DNA of 63,228 nt from Heptranchias perlo. Lineage: Eukaryota. Under the pieces are notes generated by a model that was not told the DNA's origin, ran no database searches, and saw only the letters and a program-made list of their open reading frames with translations. The stretch's first letter is position 1, and every line of letters starts with the position of its first letter. A program made the position numbers and the translations under genes. Below, in pieces: positions 49,601 through 63,228 of this stretch. The stretch is from assembly GCF_035084215.1 (NCBI RefSeq), contig NW_027138261.1, forward strand, positions 1-63,228. Reading direction: 5' to 3'.

Positions 49601-52600
49601 CATCTCTCTCGTCCTCTCTCTCTTCCTTCCCTCCTCCATCTCTCTCGTCCTCTCTCTCTTTCTTCCCTCCTCCATCTCTCTCGTCCTCTCTCTCTTCTTC
49701 CCTCCTCCATCTCTCTCGTCCTCTCTCTCTTTCTGTCCTCCTCCATCTCTCTCGTTCTCTATCTCTTTCTTCCCTCCTCCATCTCTCTCGTTCTCTCTCT
49801 CTCTCTTCCCTCCATCTCTCTCGTCCTCTCTCTCTCTCCCCTCCTCCATCTCTCTCGTCCTCTCTCTCTTTCTTCCCTCCTCCATCTCTCTCGTCCTCTC
49901 TCTCTTCTTTCCTCCTCCATCTCTCTTGTCCTCTCTCTCTTTCTTTCCTCCTCCATCTCTCTCGTCCTCTCTCTCTTTCTTCCCTCCTCCATCTCTCTCG
50001 TCCTCTCTCTCTCTTCTTCCCTCCTCCATCTCTCTCGTCCTCTCTCTTTCTTCCCTCCTCCATCTCTCTCGTCCTCTCTCTCTTTCTTTCCTCCTCCATC
50101 TCTCTCGTCCTCTCTCTCTCTTTCTTCCCTCCTCCATCTCTCTCGTCCTCTCTCTCTTTCTTCCCTCCTCCATCTCTCTCGTCCTCTCTCTCTCTTTCTT
50201 CCTCCTCCATCTCTCTCCTCCTCTCTCTCTTTCTTCCCTCCTCCATCTCTCTCGTCCTCTCTCTCTTTCTTCCCTCCTCCATCTCTCTCGTCCTCTCTCT
50301 CTCTTTCTTCCCTCCTCCATCTCTCTCCTCCTCTCTCTCTTTCTTCCCTCCTCCATCTCTCTCGTCCTCTCTCTCTTTCTTTCCTCCTCCATCTCTCTCG
50401 ACCTCTCTCTCTTTCTTCCCTTCTCCATCTCTCTCGTCCTCTCTCTCTTTCTTCCCTCCTCCATCTCTCCCGTCCTCTCTCTCTCTTCTTTCCTCCTCCA
50501 TCTCTCTCGTCCTCTCTCTCTCTCCCTCCTCCATCTCTCTCATCCTCTCTCTCTTTCTTCCCTCCTCCATCTCTCTCATCCTCTCTCTCTTCTTCCCTCC
50601 TCCGTCTCTCTCGTCCTCTCTCTCTCTTTCTTTCCTCCTCCATCTCTCTCGTCCTCTCTCTCTTTCTTCCCTCCTCCATCTCTCTCGTCCTCTCTCTCTT
50701 TCTTCCCTCCTCCATCTCTCTCGTCCTCTCTCTCTTTCTTCCCTCCTCCGTCTCTCTCGTCCTCTCTCTCTTTCTTCCCTCCTCCATCTCTCTCGTCCTC
50801 TCTCTCTTCTGTCCTCCTCCATCTCTCTCGTCCTCTCTCTCTCTCTTTCCTCCTCCATCTCTCTCGTCCTCTCTCTCTTTCTTCCCTCCTCCGTCTCTCT
50901 CGTCCTCTCTCTCTCTCTCCCTCCTCCATCTCTCTCGTCCTCTCTCTCTTTCTTCCCTCCTCCATCTCTCTTGTCCTCTCTCTCTTTCTTCCCTCCTCCA
51001 TCTCTCTCGTCCTCTCTCTCTTTCTTCCCTCCTCCATCTCTCTCGTCCTCTCTCTCTTTCTTTCCCCTCCATCTCTCTCGTCCTCTCTCTCTTTCTTCCC
51101 TCCTCCATCTCTCGTCCTCTCTCTCTTTCTTTCCTCCTCCATCTCTCTCGACCTCTCTCTCTTCTTCCCTCCTCCATCTCTCTCGTCCTCTCTCTCTTTC
51201 TTCCCTCCTCCATCTCTCTCGTCCTCTCTCTCTCTTCTCTCCTCCTCCATCTCTCTCGTCCTCTCTCTCTTCTTCCCTCCTCCATCTCTCTCGTCCTCTC
51301 TCTCTTTCTTCCCTCCTCCATCTCTCTCGTCCTCTCTCTCTTTCTTCCCTCCTCATCTCTCTCGTCCTCTCTCTCTTTCTTCCCTCCTCCATCTCTCTCG
51401 TCCTCTCTCTCTCTCTTCCCTCCTCCATCTCTCTCGTCCTCTCTCTCTTCCTTCCCTCCTCCATCTCTCTCGTCCTCTCTCTCTTTCTTCCCTCCTCCAT
51501 CTCTCTCGTCCTCTCTCTCTTTCTTCCTCCTCCATCTCTCTCGTCCTCTCTCTCTTCTTCCCTCCTCCATCTCTCTCGTCCTCTCTCTCTCTCTTCCCTC
51601 CTCCATCTCTCTCGTCCTCTCTCTCTTCTTCCCTCCTCCATCTCTCTCGTCCTCTCTCTCTCTTTCTTCCTCCTCCATCTCTCTCGTCCTCTCTCTCTTT
51701 CTTCCCTCCTCCATCTCTCTCGTCCTCTCTCTCTCATTCTTCCCTCCTCCATCTCTCTCGTCCTCTCTCTCTTTCTTCCCTCCTCCATCTCTCTCGTCCT
51801 CTCTCTCTTTCTTCCCTCCTCCATCTCTCTCGTCCTCTCTCTCTTTCTTCCCTCCTCCATCTCTCTCGTCCTCTCTCTCTCTCTTCCCTCCTCCATCTCT
51901 CTCGTCCTCTCTCTCTCTCTTCCCTCCTCCATCTCTCTCGTCCTCTCTCTCTTTCTTCCCTCCTCCATCTCTCTCGTCCTCTCTCTCTTTCTTCCCTCCT
52001 CCATCTCTCTCGTCCTCTCTCTCATTCTTCCCTCCTCCATCTCTCTCGTCCTCTCTCTCTTCTTCCCTCCTCCATCTCTCTCGTCCTCTCTCTCTTTCTT
52101 CCTCCTCCATCTCTCTCGTCCTCTCTCTCTTTCTTCCTCCTCCATCTCTCTCGTCCTCTCTCTCTTTCTTCCCTCCTCCATCTCTCTCGTCCTCTCTCTC
52201 TTCTTCCCTCCTCCATCTCTCTCGTCCTCTATCTCTTTCTTCCTCCTCCATCTCTCTCGTCCTCTCTCTCTTTCTTCCCTCCTCCATCTCTCTCGTCCTC
52301 TCTCTCTTTCTTCCCTCCTCCATCTCTCTCGTCCTCTCTCTCTCTCTTCCCTCCTCCATCTCTCTCGTCCTCTCTCTCTTTCTTCCCTCCTCCATCTCTC
52401 TCCTCCTCTCTCGCTTTCTTTCCTCCTCCATCTCTCGTCCTCTCTCTCTTTCTTCCCTCCTCCATCTCTCTCGTCCTCTCTCTCTTCCTTCCCTCCTCCA
52501 TCTCTCTCGTCCTCTCTCTCTTTCTTCCCTCCTCCATCTCTCTCGTCCTCTCTCTCTTTCTTCCTCCTCCATCTCTCTCGTCCTCTCTCTCTTTCTGTCC

Positions 52601-55600
52601 TCCTCCATCTCTCTCGTTCTCTATCTCTTTCTTCCCTCCTCCATCTCTCTCGTCCTCTCTCTCTTTCTTCCTCCTCCATCTCTCTCGTCCTCTCTCTCTT
52701 TCTGTCCTCCTCCATCTCTCTCGTCCTCTCTCTCTTTCTGTCCTCCTCCATCTCTCTCGTTCTCTATCTCTTTCTTCCCTCCTCCATCTCTCTCGTCCTC
52801 TCTCTCTTTCTTCCCTCCTCCATCTCTCTCGTCCTCTCTCTCTTTCTTCCCTCCTCCATCTCTCTCGTCCTCTCTCTTTCTTCCCTCCTCCATCTCTCTC
52901 GTCCTCTCTCTCTCTCTTCCCTCCTCCATCTCTCTCGTCCTCTCTCTCTCTCTTCCCTCCTCCGTCTCTCTCGTCCTCTCTCTCTCTCTTCCCTCCTCCG
53001 TCTCTCTCGTCCTCTCTCTCTCTCTTCCCTCCTCCGTCTCTCTCGTCCTCTCTCTCTCTTTCTTCCTCCTCTATCTCTCTCGTCCTCTCTCTCTTTCTTC
53101 CCTCCTCCATCTCTCTCGTCCTCTCTCTTTCTTCCCTCCTCCATCTCTCTCGTCCTCTCTCTCTCTCTTCCCTCCTCCATCTCTCTCGTCCTCTCTCTCT
53201 CTCTTCCCTCCTCCGTCTCTCTCGTCCTCTCTCTCTCTCTTCCCTCCTCCGTCTCTCTCGTCCTCTCTCTCTCTCTTCCCTCCTCCGTCTCTCTCGTCCT
53301 CTCTCTCTCTTTCTTCCTCCTCCATCTCTCTCGTCCTCTCTCTTTCTTCCCTCCTCCATCTCTCTCGTCCTCTCTCTCTCTCTTCCCTCCTCCATCTCTC
53401 TCGTCCTCTCTCTCTTTCTTTCCTCCTCCATCTCTCTCGTCCTCTCTCTCTTTCTTCCTCCTCCATCTCTCTCGTCCTCTCTCTCTCTCTTCCCTCCTCC
53501 ATCTCTCTCGTCCTCTCCCTCTTTCTTCCCTCCTCCATCTCTCTCGTCCTCTCTCTCTTCTTCCCTCCTCCATCTCTCTCGTCCTCTCTCTCTTTCTTCC
53601 TCCTCCATCTCTCTCGTCCTCTCTCTCTCTCTTCCCTCCTCCATCTCTCTCGTCCTCTCTCTCTCTCTTCCCTCCTCCGTCTCTCTCGTCCTCTCTCTCT
53701 CTTTCTTTCCTCCTCTATCTCTCTCGTCCTCTCTCTCTTCCTTCCTCCTCCATCTCTCTCGTCCTCTCTCTCTTTCTTTCCCCTCCATCTCTCTCGTCCT
53801 CTCTCTCTCTCTTCCCTCCTCCATCTCTTGTCCTCTCTCTCTTTCTTCCCTCCTCCATCTCTCTCGTCCTCTCTCTCTCTCTTACCTCCTCCGTCTCTCT
53901 CGTCCTCTCTCTCTCTTTCTTTCCTCCTCTATCTCTCTCGTCCTCTCTCTCTCTTTCTTCCCTCCTCCATCTCTCTCGTCCTCTCTCTCTCTTTCTTCCA
54001 CCTCTATCTCTCTCGTCCTCTCTCTCTCTTCTTCCCTCCTCCGTCTCTCTCGTCCTCTCTCTCTCTCTTCCCTCCTCCGTCTCTCTCGTCCTCTCTCTCT
54101 CTATCTTCCCTCCTCCGTCTCTCTCGTCCTCTCTCTCTCTTTCTTTCCTCCTCTATCTCTCTCGTCCTCTCTCTCTCTTTCTTCCCTCCTCCATCTCTCT
54201 CGTCCTCTCTGTCTTCCTTCCCTCCTCCATCTCTCTCGTCCTCTCTCTCTTCCTTCCCTCCTCCATCTCTCTCATCCTCTCTCTCTTCCTTCCTCCTCCA
54301 TCTCTCTCGTCCTCTCTCTTTCTTCCCTCCTCCATCTCTCTCGTCCTCTCTCTCTCTCTTCCCTCCTCCATCTCTCTCGTCCTCTCTCTCTTCTTCCCTC
54401 CTCCATCTCTCTCGTCCTCTCTCTCTTTCTTTCCTCCTCCATCTCTCTCGTCCTCTCTCTCTCTTTCTTCCCTCCTCCATCTCTCTCGTCCTCTCTCTCT
54501 TTCTTCCCTCCTCCATCTCTCTCGTCCTCTCTCTCTTCCTTCCCTCCTCCATCTCTCTCGTCCTCTCTCTCTTTTTTCCCTCCTCCATCTCTCTCGTCCT
54601 CTCTCTCTTTCTTTACTCCTCCATCTCTCTCGTCCTCTCTCTCTTTCTTTCCTCGTGCGTCTCTCTCGTCCTCTCTCTCTCTCTTCCCTCCTCCATCTCT
54701 CTCGTCCTCTCTCTCTTTCTTTCCTCCTCCATCTCTCTTGTCCTCTCTCTCTCTCTTCCCTCCTCCACCTCTCTCGTCCTCTCTCTCTTTCTGTCCTCCT
54801 CCATCTCTCTCGTCCTCTCTCTCTCTCTTCCCTCCTCCATCTCTCTCGTCCTCTCTCTCTTTCTTTCCTCCTCCATCTCTCTCGTCCTCTCTCTCTCTCT
54901 TCCCTCCTCCATCTCTCTCGTCCTCTCTCTCTTTCTTCCCTCCTCCACCTCTCTCGTCCTCTCTCTCTTCCCTCCTCCATCTCTCTCGTCCTCTCTCTCT
55001 TTCTTCCCTCCTCCATCTCTCTCGTCCTCTCTCTCTTTCTTCCCTCCTCCATCTCTCTCGTCCTCTCTCTCTCTCTCTTCCCTCCTCCATCTCTCTCGTC
55101 CTCTCTCTCTTTCTTCCCTCCTCCATCTCTCTCGTCCTCTCTCTCTTTCTTCCCTCCTCCATCTCTCTCGTCCTCTCTCTCTTTCTTCCCTGCTCCATCT
55201 CTCTCGTCCTCTCTCTCTTCCCTCCTCCATCTCTCTCGTCCTCTCTCTCTTTCTTCCCTCCTCCATCTCTCTCGTCCTCTCTCTCTCTCTTCCCTCCTCC
55301 ATCTCTCTCGTCCTCTCTCTCTCCCTTCCCTCCTCCGTCTCTCTCGTCCTCTCTCTCTCTTTCTTTCCTCCTCTATCTCTCTCGTCCTCTCTCTCTTCCC
55401 TCCCTCCTCCATCTCTCTCGTCGTCTCTCTCTTTCTTTCCCCCTCCATCTCTCTCGTCCTCTCTCTATCTCTTCCCTCCTCCATCTCTCTTGTCCTCTCT
55501 CTCTTTCTTCCCTCCTCCATCTCTCTCGTCCTCTCTCTCTCTCTTCCCTCCTCCGTCTCTCTCGTCCTCTCTCTCTCTTTCTTTCCTCCTCTATCTCTCT

Positions 55601-58600
55601 CGTCCTCTCTCTCTCTTTCTTCCCTCCTCCATCTCTCTCGTCCTCTCTCTCTCTTTCTTTCCACCTCTATCTCTCGTCCTCTCTCTCTCTTTCTTCCCTC
55701 CTCCGTCTCTCTCGTCCTCTCTCTCTCTCTTCCCTCCTCCGTCTCTCTCGTCCTCTCTCTCTCTCTCTTCCTCCTCCGTCTCTCTCGTCCTCTCTCTCTC
55801 TTTCTTTCCTCCTCTATCTCTCTCGTCCTCTCTGTCTTCCTTCCCTCCTCCATCTCTCTCGTCCTCTCTCTCTTCCTTCCCTCCTCCATCTCTCTCATCC
55901 TCTCTCTCTTCCTTCCCTCCTCCATCTCTCTCGTCCTCTCTCTTTCTTCCCTCCTCCATCTCTCTCGTCCTCTCTCTCTCTCTTCCCTCCTCCATCTCTC
56001 TCGTCCTCTCTCTCTTCTTCCCTCCTCCATCTCTCTCGTCCTCTCTCTCTTCTTTCCTCCTCCATCTCTCTCGTCCTCTCTCTCTCTTTCTTCCCTCCTC
56101 CATCTCTCTCGTCCTCTCTCTCTTTCTTCCTCCTCCACCTCTCTCGTCCTCTCTCTCTTCTTCCTCCTCCATCTCTCTCGTCCTCTCTCTCTTCCTTCCC
56201 TCCTCCATCTCTCTCGTCCTCTCTCTCTTTTTCCCTCCTCCATCTCTCTCGTCCTCTCTCTCTTCTTTACTCCTCCATCTCTCTCGTCCTCTCTCTCTTT
56301 CTTTCCTCCTGCGTCTCTCTCGTCCTCTCTCTCTCTCTTCCCTCCTCCATCTCTCTCGTCCTCTCTCTCTTTCTTTCCTCCTCCATCTCTCTTGTCCTCT
56401 CTCTCTCTCTTCCCTCCTCCACCTCTCTCGTCCTCTCTCTCTTTCTGTCCTCCTCCATCTCTCTCGTCCTCTCTCTCTCTCTTCCCTCCTCCATCTCTCT
56501 CGTCCTCTCTCTCTTTCTTTCCTCCTCCATCTCTCTCGTCCTCTCTCTCTCTCTTCCCTCCTCCATCTCTCTCGTCCTCTCTCTCTTTCTTCCCTCCTCC
56601 ACCTCTCTCGTCCTCTCTCTCTTCCCTCCTCCATCTCTCTCGTCCTCTCTCTCTTTCTTCCCTCCTCCATCTCTCTCGTCCTCTCTCTCTTTCTTCCCTC
56701 CTCCATCTCTCTCGTCCTCTCTCTCTTTCTTCCTCCTCCATCTCTCTCGTCCTCTCTCTCTTTCTTCCCTGCTCCATCTCTCTCGTCCTCTCTCTCTTCC
56801 CTCCTCCATCTCTCTCGTCCTCTCTCTCTTTCTTCCCTCCTCCATCTCTCTCGTCCTCTCTCTCTTTCTTCCCTGCTCCATCTCTCTCGTCCTCTCTCTC
56901 TTCCCTCCTCCATCTCTCTCGTCCTCTCTCTCTCTCTCTTCCCTCCTCCATCTCTCTCGTCCTCTCTCTCTCTCTTCCCTCCTCCATCTCTCTCGTCCTC
57001 TCTCTCTTTCTTCCCTGCTCCATCTCTCTCGTCCTCTCTCTCTTCCCTCCTCCATCTCTCTCGTCCTCTCTCTCTTTCTTTCCTCCTCCATCTCTCTCGT
57101 CCTCTCTCTCTTTCTTCCCTCCTCCATCTCTCTCGTCCTCTCTCTCTTCCTTCCCTCCTCCATCTCTCTCGTCCTCTCTCTCTTTTTTCCCTCCTCCATC
57201 TCTCTCATCCTCTCTCTCTTTCTTTACTCCTCCATCTCTCTCGTCCTCTCTCTCTTTCTTTCCTCCTGCGTCTCTCTCGTCCTCTCTCTCTCTCTTCCCT
57301 CCTCCATCTCTCTCGTCCTCTCTCTCTTTCTTTCCTCCTCCATCTCTCTTGTCCTCTCTCTCTCTCTTCCCTCCTCCACCTCTCTCGTCCTCTCTCTCTT
57401 TCTGTCCTCCTCCATCTCTCTCGTCCTCTCTCTCTCTCTTCCCTCCTCCATCTCTCTCGTCCTCTCTCTCTCTCTTCCCTCCTCCATCTCTCTCGTCCTC
57501 TCTCTCTTTCTTTCCTCCTCCATCTCTCTCGTCCTCTCTCTCTTTCTTCTCTCCTCCATCTCTCTCGTCCTCTCTCTCTCTCTTCCCTCCTCCGTCTCTC
57601 TCGTCCTCTCTCTCCCTTTCTTCCCTCCTCCATCTCTCTCGTCCTCTCTCTCTTTCTTTCCTCCTCCATCTCTCTCGTCCTCTCTCTCTTTCTTCCCTCC
57701 TCCATCTCTCTCGTCTCTCTCTCTTTCTTCCCTCCTCCATCTCTCTCGTCCTCTCTCTCTTTCTTCCCTCCTCCATCTCTCTCGTCCTCTCTCTCTCTCT
57801 TCCCTCCTCCATCTCTCTCGTCCTCTCTCTCTTTCTTCCCTCCTCCATCTCTCTCGTCCTCTCTCTCTTTCTTCCCTCCTCCATCTCTCTCGTCCTCTCT
57901 CTCTTTCTTCCCTCCTCCATCTCTCTCGTCCTCTCTCTCTTCTTTCCTCCTCCATCTCTCTCGTCCTCTCTCTCTTTCTTCCTCCTCCATCTCTCTCGTC
58001 CTCTCTCTCTCTCTTCCCTCCTCCATCTCTCTCGTCCTCTCTCTCTTTCTTTCCCCCTCTATCTCTCTCGTCCTCTCTCTCTCTCTTCCCTCCTCCATCT
58101 CTCTCGTCCTCTCTCTCTTTCTTCCCTCCTCCATCTCTCTCGTCCTCTCTCTCTTTCTTCCCTCCTCCATCTCTCTCGTCCTCTCTCTCTTTCTTTCCTC
58201 CTCCATCTCTCTCGTCCTCTCTCTCTCTCTTCCCTCCTCCATCTCTCTCGTCCTCTCTCTCTTTCTTCCTCCTGCGTCTCTCTCGTCCTCTCTCTCTCTC
58301 TTCCCTCCTCCGTCTCTCTCGTCCTCTCTCTCTCTTTCTTTCCTCCTCCGTCTCTCTCGTCCTCTCTCTCTCTTTCTTCCTCCTCCATCTCTCTCGTCCT
58401 CTATCTCTTTCTGTCCTCCTCCATCTCTCTCGTCCTCTCTCTTTCTGTCCTCCTCCATCTCTCTTGTCCTCTCTCCCTTTCTTCCCTCCTCCATCTCTCT
58501 CGTCCTCTCTCTCTCTTTCTTCCCTCCTCCATCTCTCTCGTCCTCTCTCTCTTTCTTCCTCCTCCATCTCTCTCGTCCTCTCTCTCTCTCTTCCCTCCTC

Positions 58601-61600
58601 CATCTCTCTCGTCCTCTCTCTCTTCTTTCCTCCTCCATCTCTCTCGTCCTCTCTCTCTCTCTTCCCTCCTCCATCTCTCTCGTCCTCTCTCTCTTTCTTC
58701 CCTCCTCCATCTCTCTCGTTCTCTCTCTCTTCTTCCTCCTCCATCTCTCTCGTCCTCTCTCTCTTTCTTTCCTCCTCCATCTATCTCATCCTCTCTCTCT
58801 TTCTTCCCTCCTCCATCTCTCTCGTCCTCTCTCTCTTTCTTCCTCCTCCATCTCTCTCGTCCTCTCTCTCTTTCTTCCCTTCTCCATCTCTCTCGTCTCT
58901 CTCTCTTTCTTCCCTCCTCCATCTCTCTCGTCCTCTCTCTTTCTTCCCTCCTCCATCTCTCTCGTCCTCTCTCTCTCTTTCTTTCCCCCTCCATCTCTCT
59001 CGTCCTCTCTCTCTTTCTTCCCTCCTCCATCTCTCTCGTTCTCTCTCTCTTTCTTCCCTCCTCCATCTCTCTCGTCCTCTCTCTCTTTCTTCCTCCTCCA
59101 TCTCTCTCGTTCTCTCTCTCTTTCTTCCCTCCTCCATCTCTCTCGTCCTCTCTCTCTTTCTCCCTCCTCCATCTCTCTCGTCCTCTATCTCTTTCTTTCC
59201 TCCTCCATCTCTCTCGTCCTCTCTCTCTTTCTTTCCTCCTCCATCTCTCTCGTCCTCTCTCTCTTTCTTTACTCTCCATCTCTCTCGTCCTCTCTCTCTT
59301 CTTTCCTCCTGCGTCTCTCTCGTCCTCTCTCTCTTCCTTCCCTCCTCCATCTCTCTCGTCCTCTCTCTCTTTCTTCCTCCTGCGTCTCTCTCGTCCTCTC
59401 TCTCTCTCTTCCCTCCTCCATCTGTCTTGTCCTCTCTCTCTCTCTCCCCTCCTCCACCTCTCTCGTCCTCTCTCTCTCTTTCCTCCTCCATCTCTCTCGT
59501 CCTCTCTCTCTCTTCTTTCCTTCTCCATCTCTCTCGTCCTCTCTCTCTCTCTTCCTCCTCCATCTCTCTCGTCCTCTCTCTCTTTCTTTCCTTCTCCATC
59601 TCTCTCGTCCTCTATCTCTTCTTCCCTCCTCCATCTCTCTCGTCTCTCTCTCTTTCTTTCCTCCTCATCTCTCTCGTCCTCTCTCTCTCTTCCCTCCTCC
59701 ATCTCTCTCGTCCTCTCTCTTTCTTCCCTCCTCCATCTCTCTCGTCCTCTCTCTCTTTCTTCCCTCCTCCATCTCTCTCGTCCTCTCTCTTTCTTCCCTC
59801 CTCCATCTCTCTCGTCCTCTCTCTCTTTCTTCCCTCCTCCATCTCTCTCGTCCTCTCTCTTTCTTCCTCCTCCATCTCTCTCATCCTCTCTCTCTTTCTT
59901 TCCTCCTCCATCTCTCTCGTCCTCTCTCTCTCTTCCCTCCTCCATCTCTCTCGTCCTCTCTCTCTTTCTTCCCTCCTCCATCTCTCTCATCCTCTCTCTC
60001 TTTCTTCCTTCTCCATCTCTCTCATCCTCTCTCTCTTCTCCTTCTCCATCTCTCTCGGCCTCTCTCTCTTTCTTCCCTTCTCCATCTCTCTCGTCCTCTC
60101 TCTCTCTTCCCTCCTCCATCTCTCTCATCCTCTCTCTCTTTCTTCCTCTCCATCTCTCTCATCCTCTCTCTCTTTCTTCCTTCTCCATCTCTCTCGGCCT
60201 CTCTCTCTTTCTTCCCTTCTCCATCTCTCTCGTCCTCTCTCTCTCTTCCCTCCTCCATCTCTCTCGTCCTCTCTCTCTCTCTTTCCCCCTCCATCTCTCT
60301 CGTCCTCTCTCTCTCTCTTCCCTCCTCCATCTCTCTCGTCCTCTCTCTCTTTCTTCCCTCCTCCATCTCTCTCGTCCTCTCTCTCTCTTCCTCCTCCATC
60401 TCTCTCGTCCTCTCTCTTTCTTCCCTTCTCCATCTCTCTCATCCTCTCTCTCTTTCTTCCCTCCTCCATCTCTCTCGTCCTCTCTCTTTCTTCCCTCCTC
60501 CATCTCTCTCGTCCTCTCTCTCTTTCTTCCCTTCTCCATCTCTCTCGTCCTCTCTCTCTTCTTCCTCTCCATCTCTCTCATCCTCTCTCTCTTTCTTCCC
60601 TCCTCCATCTCTCTCGTCCTCTCTCTCTCTCTTCCCTCCTCCATCTCTCTCGTCCTCTCTCTCTTTCTTCCCTTCTCCATCTCTCTCATCCTCTCTCTCT
60701 TTCTTCCCTCCTCCATCTCTCTCGTCCTCTCTCTCTCTTCCTCCTCCATCTCTCTCATCCTCTCTCTCTTCTTCCCTTCTCCATCTCTCTCATCCTCTCT
60801 CTCTTTCTTCCCTTCTCCATCTCTCTCGGCCTCTCTCTCTTCTTCCCTTCTCCATCTCTCTCGTCCTCTCTCTCTCTTCCCTCTCCATCTCTCTCGTCCT
60901 CTCTCTCTTTCTTCCCTCCTCCATCTCTCTCATCCTCTCTCTCTTTCTTCCCTTCTCCATCTCTCTCATCCTCTCTCTCTTTCTTCCCTTCTCCATCTCT
61001 CTCGGCCTCTCTCTCTTTCTTCCTTCTCCATCTCTCTCGTCCTCTCTCTCTCTTCCCTCCTCCATCTCTCTCATCCTCTCTCTCTTTCTTCCCTTCTCCA
61101 TCTCTCTCATCCTCTCTCTCTTTCTTCCTTCTCCATCTCTCGCCTCTCTCTCTTTCTTCCCTTCTCCATCTCTCTCGTCCTCTCTCTCTCTTCCTCCTCC
61201 ATCTCTCTCGTCCTCTCTCTCTCTCTTTCCCCTCCATCTCTCTCGTCCTCTCTCTCTCTCTTCCCTCCTCCATCTCTCTCGTCCTCTCTCTCTCTTCCTC
61301 CTCCATCTCTCTCGTCCTCTCTCTCTCTTCCCTCCTCCATCTCTCTCGTCCTCTCTCTCTCTCTTCCCTCCTCCACCTCTCTCGTCCTCTCTCTCTTCTT
61401 CCCTCCTCCATCTCTCTCGTCCTCTCTCTCTCTCTTCCCTCCCTCCCCATCTCTCTCGTCCTCTCTCTCTTTCTCCCTCCTCCATCTCTCTCGTCCTCTC
61501 TCTCTCTCTTCTTTCCTCCTCACCTCTCTCGTCCTCTCTCTCTTTCTTCCTCCTCCATCTCTCTCGTCCTCTCTCTCTTTCTTCCCTCCTCCATCTCTCT

Positions 61601-63228
61601 CGTCTCTCTCTCTTCTTCCCCCTCCATCTCTCTCGTCCTCTCTCTCTCTCTTCCCTCCTCCATCTCTCTCGTCCTCTCTCTCTCTTTCTTTCCTCCTCCA
61701 TCTCTCCCGTCCTCTCTCTCTCTCTTCCCTCCTCCATCTCTCTCGTCCTCTCTCTCTCTCTTCCTCCTCCATCTCTCTCGTCCTCTCTCTCTCTCTCTTC
61801 CCTCCTCCATCTCTCTCGTCCTCTCTCTCTTTCTTCCCTCCTCCATCTCTCTCGTCCTCTCTCTCTTTCTTCCTCCTCCATCTCTCTCGTCCTCTCCTCT
61901 TTCTTCCCTCCTCCGTCTCTCTCGTCCTCTCTCTCTTCTTTCCTCCTCCATCTCTCTCGTCCTCTCTCTCTCTCTTCCCTCCTCCATCTCTCTCGTCCTC
62001 TCTCTCTTTCTTCCCTCCTCCATCTCTCTCGTCCTCTCTCTCTTTCTTCCTCCTCCATCTCTCTCGTCCTCTCTCTCTTTCTTCCCTCCTCCATCTCTCT
62101 CGTCCTCTCTCTCTTCCTTCCCTCCTCCATCTCTCTCGTCCTCTCTCTCTCTCTTCCTCCTCCATCTCTCTCGTCCTCTCTCTCTTTCTTCCCTCCTCCA
62201 TCTCTCCCGTCCTCTCTCTCTTTCTTCCCTCCTCCATCTCTCTCGTCCTCTCTCTCTCTCTTTCCTCCTCCATCTCTCTCGTCCTCTCTCTCTTCTTCCC
62301 TCCTCCATCTCTCTCCGTCCTCTCTCTCTTCTTCCCTCCTCCATCTCTCTCGTCCTCTCTCTCTCTTCTTTCCTCCTCCATCTCTCTCGTCCTCTCTCTC
62401 TCTTCCCTCCTCCATCTCTCTCGTCCTCTCTCTCTCTCTTCCCTCCTCCATCTCTCTCGTCCTCTCTCTCATTCTTCCCTCCTCCATCTCTCTCGTCCTC
62501 TCTCTCTTTCTTCCCTCCTCCATCTCTCTCGTCCTCTCTCTCTTTCTTTCCTCCTCCATCTCTCTCGTCCTCTCTCTCTCTCTCTTCCCTCCTCCATCTC
62601 TCTCGTCCTCTCTCTCTTTCTTCCTCCTCCATCTCTCTCGTCCTCTCTCTCTCTCTTCCCTCCTCCATCTCTCTCGTCCTCTCTCTCTCTTTCTTCCCTC
62701 CTCCATCTCTCTCGTCCTCTCTCTCTTTCTTTCCTCCTCCATCTCTCTCGTCCTCTCTCTCTTCTCTTCCCTCCTCCATCTCTCTCGTCCTCTCTCTCTC
62801 TCTTCCCTCCTCCATCTCTCTCGTCCTCTCTCTCTCATTCTTCCCTCCTCCATCTCTCTCGTCCTCTCTCTCTTTCTTCCCTCCTCCGTCTCTCTCGTCC
62901 TCTCTCTCTTCTCCCCTCTCTCATCTCTCTCGTCCTCTCTCTCTTCTTCCTCCTCCATCTCTCTCGTCCTCTCTCTCTTTCTTTCCTCCTCCATCTCTCT
63001 CGTCCTCTCTCTCTTTCTTCCCTCCTCCATCTCTCTCGTCCTCTCTCTCTTTCTTCCCTCCTCCATCTCTCTCGTCCTCTCTCTCTTTCTTCCCTCCTCC
63101 GTCTCTCTCGTCCTCTCTCTCTTCCTCCCCTCCTCCATCTCTCTCGTCCTCTCTCTCTTTCTTCCTCCTCCATCTCTCTCGTCCTCTCTCTCTTTCTTCC
63201 CTCCTCCATCTCTCTCGTCCTCTCTCTA
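46649..63228. repeat. >16.5-kb polypyrimidine/polypurine satellite, ~36-bp unit
   Basis: Consensus CTCCATCTCTCTCGTCCTCTCTCTCTTTCTTCCCTC with variable CT lengths; runs off the window end. Confidence 0.97.

Noticed and set aside
46048-63209. Dozens of long E/R/G-rich ORFs
   Set aside because: Translations of a stop-free purine satellite.

Overview
Eukaryotic, very repeat-rich vertebrate DNA, most likely a cartilaginous fish, judging by the CR1, Deu-SINE and Penelope-like repeats and the receptor sequence. N-runs appear to be low-complexity masking. The hidden core is a T-cell receptor beta-type D-J-C cluster on the minus strand. It has one D (27863-27876) with 12/23 RSSs and at least six J or J-like segments (27263 down to 18317), plus an inverted J-like relic at about 16.4 kb. 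A complete four-exon constant region follows: Ig-C1 at 13930-14274, Cys hinge at 11651-11671, Lys-containing TM at 9465-9571 and tail at 8072-8098. Only one J is fully canonical. A unique island about 4.6 kb 3' of the stop codon carries an ETS-RUNX composite site typical of the TCR-beta enhancer. No V segment is seen. The rest is CR1, L2 and SINE debris, a near-complete LINE ORF2, several TE-derived minisatellites and a polypyrimidine satellite over 16 kb long. Almost all long ORFs in the track are repeat artefacts.
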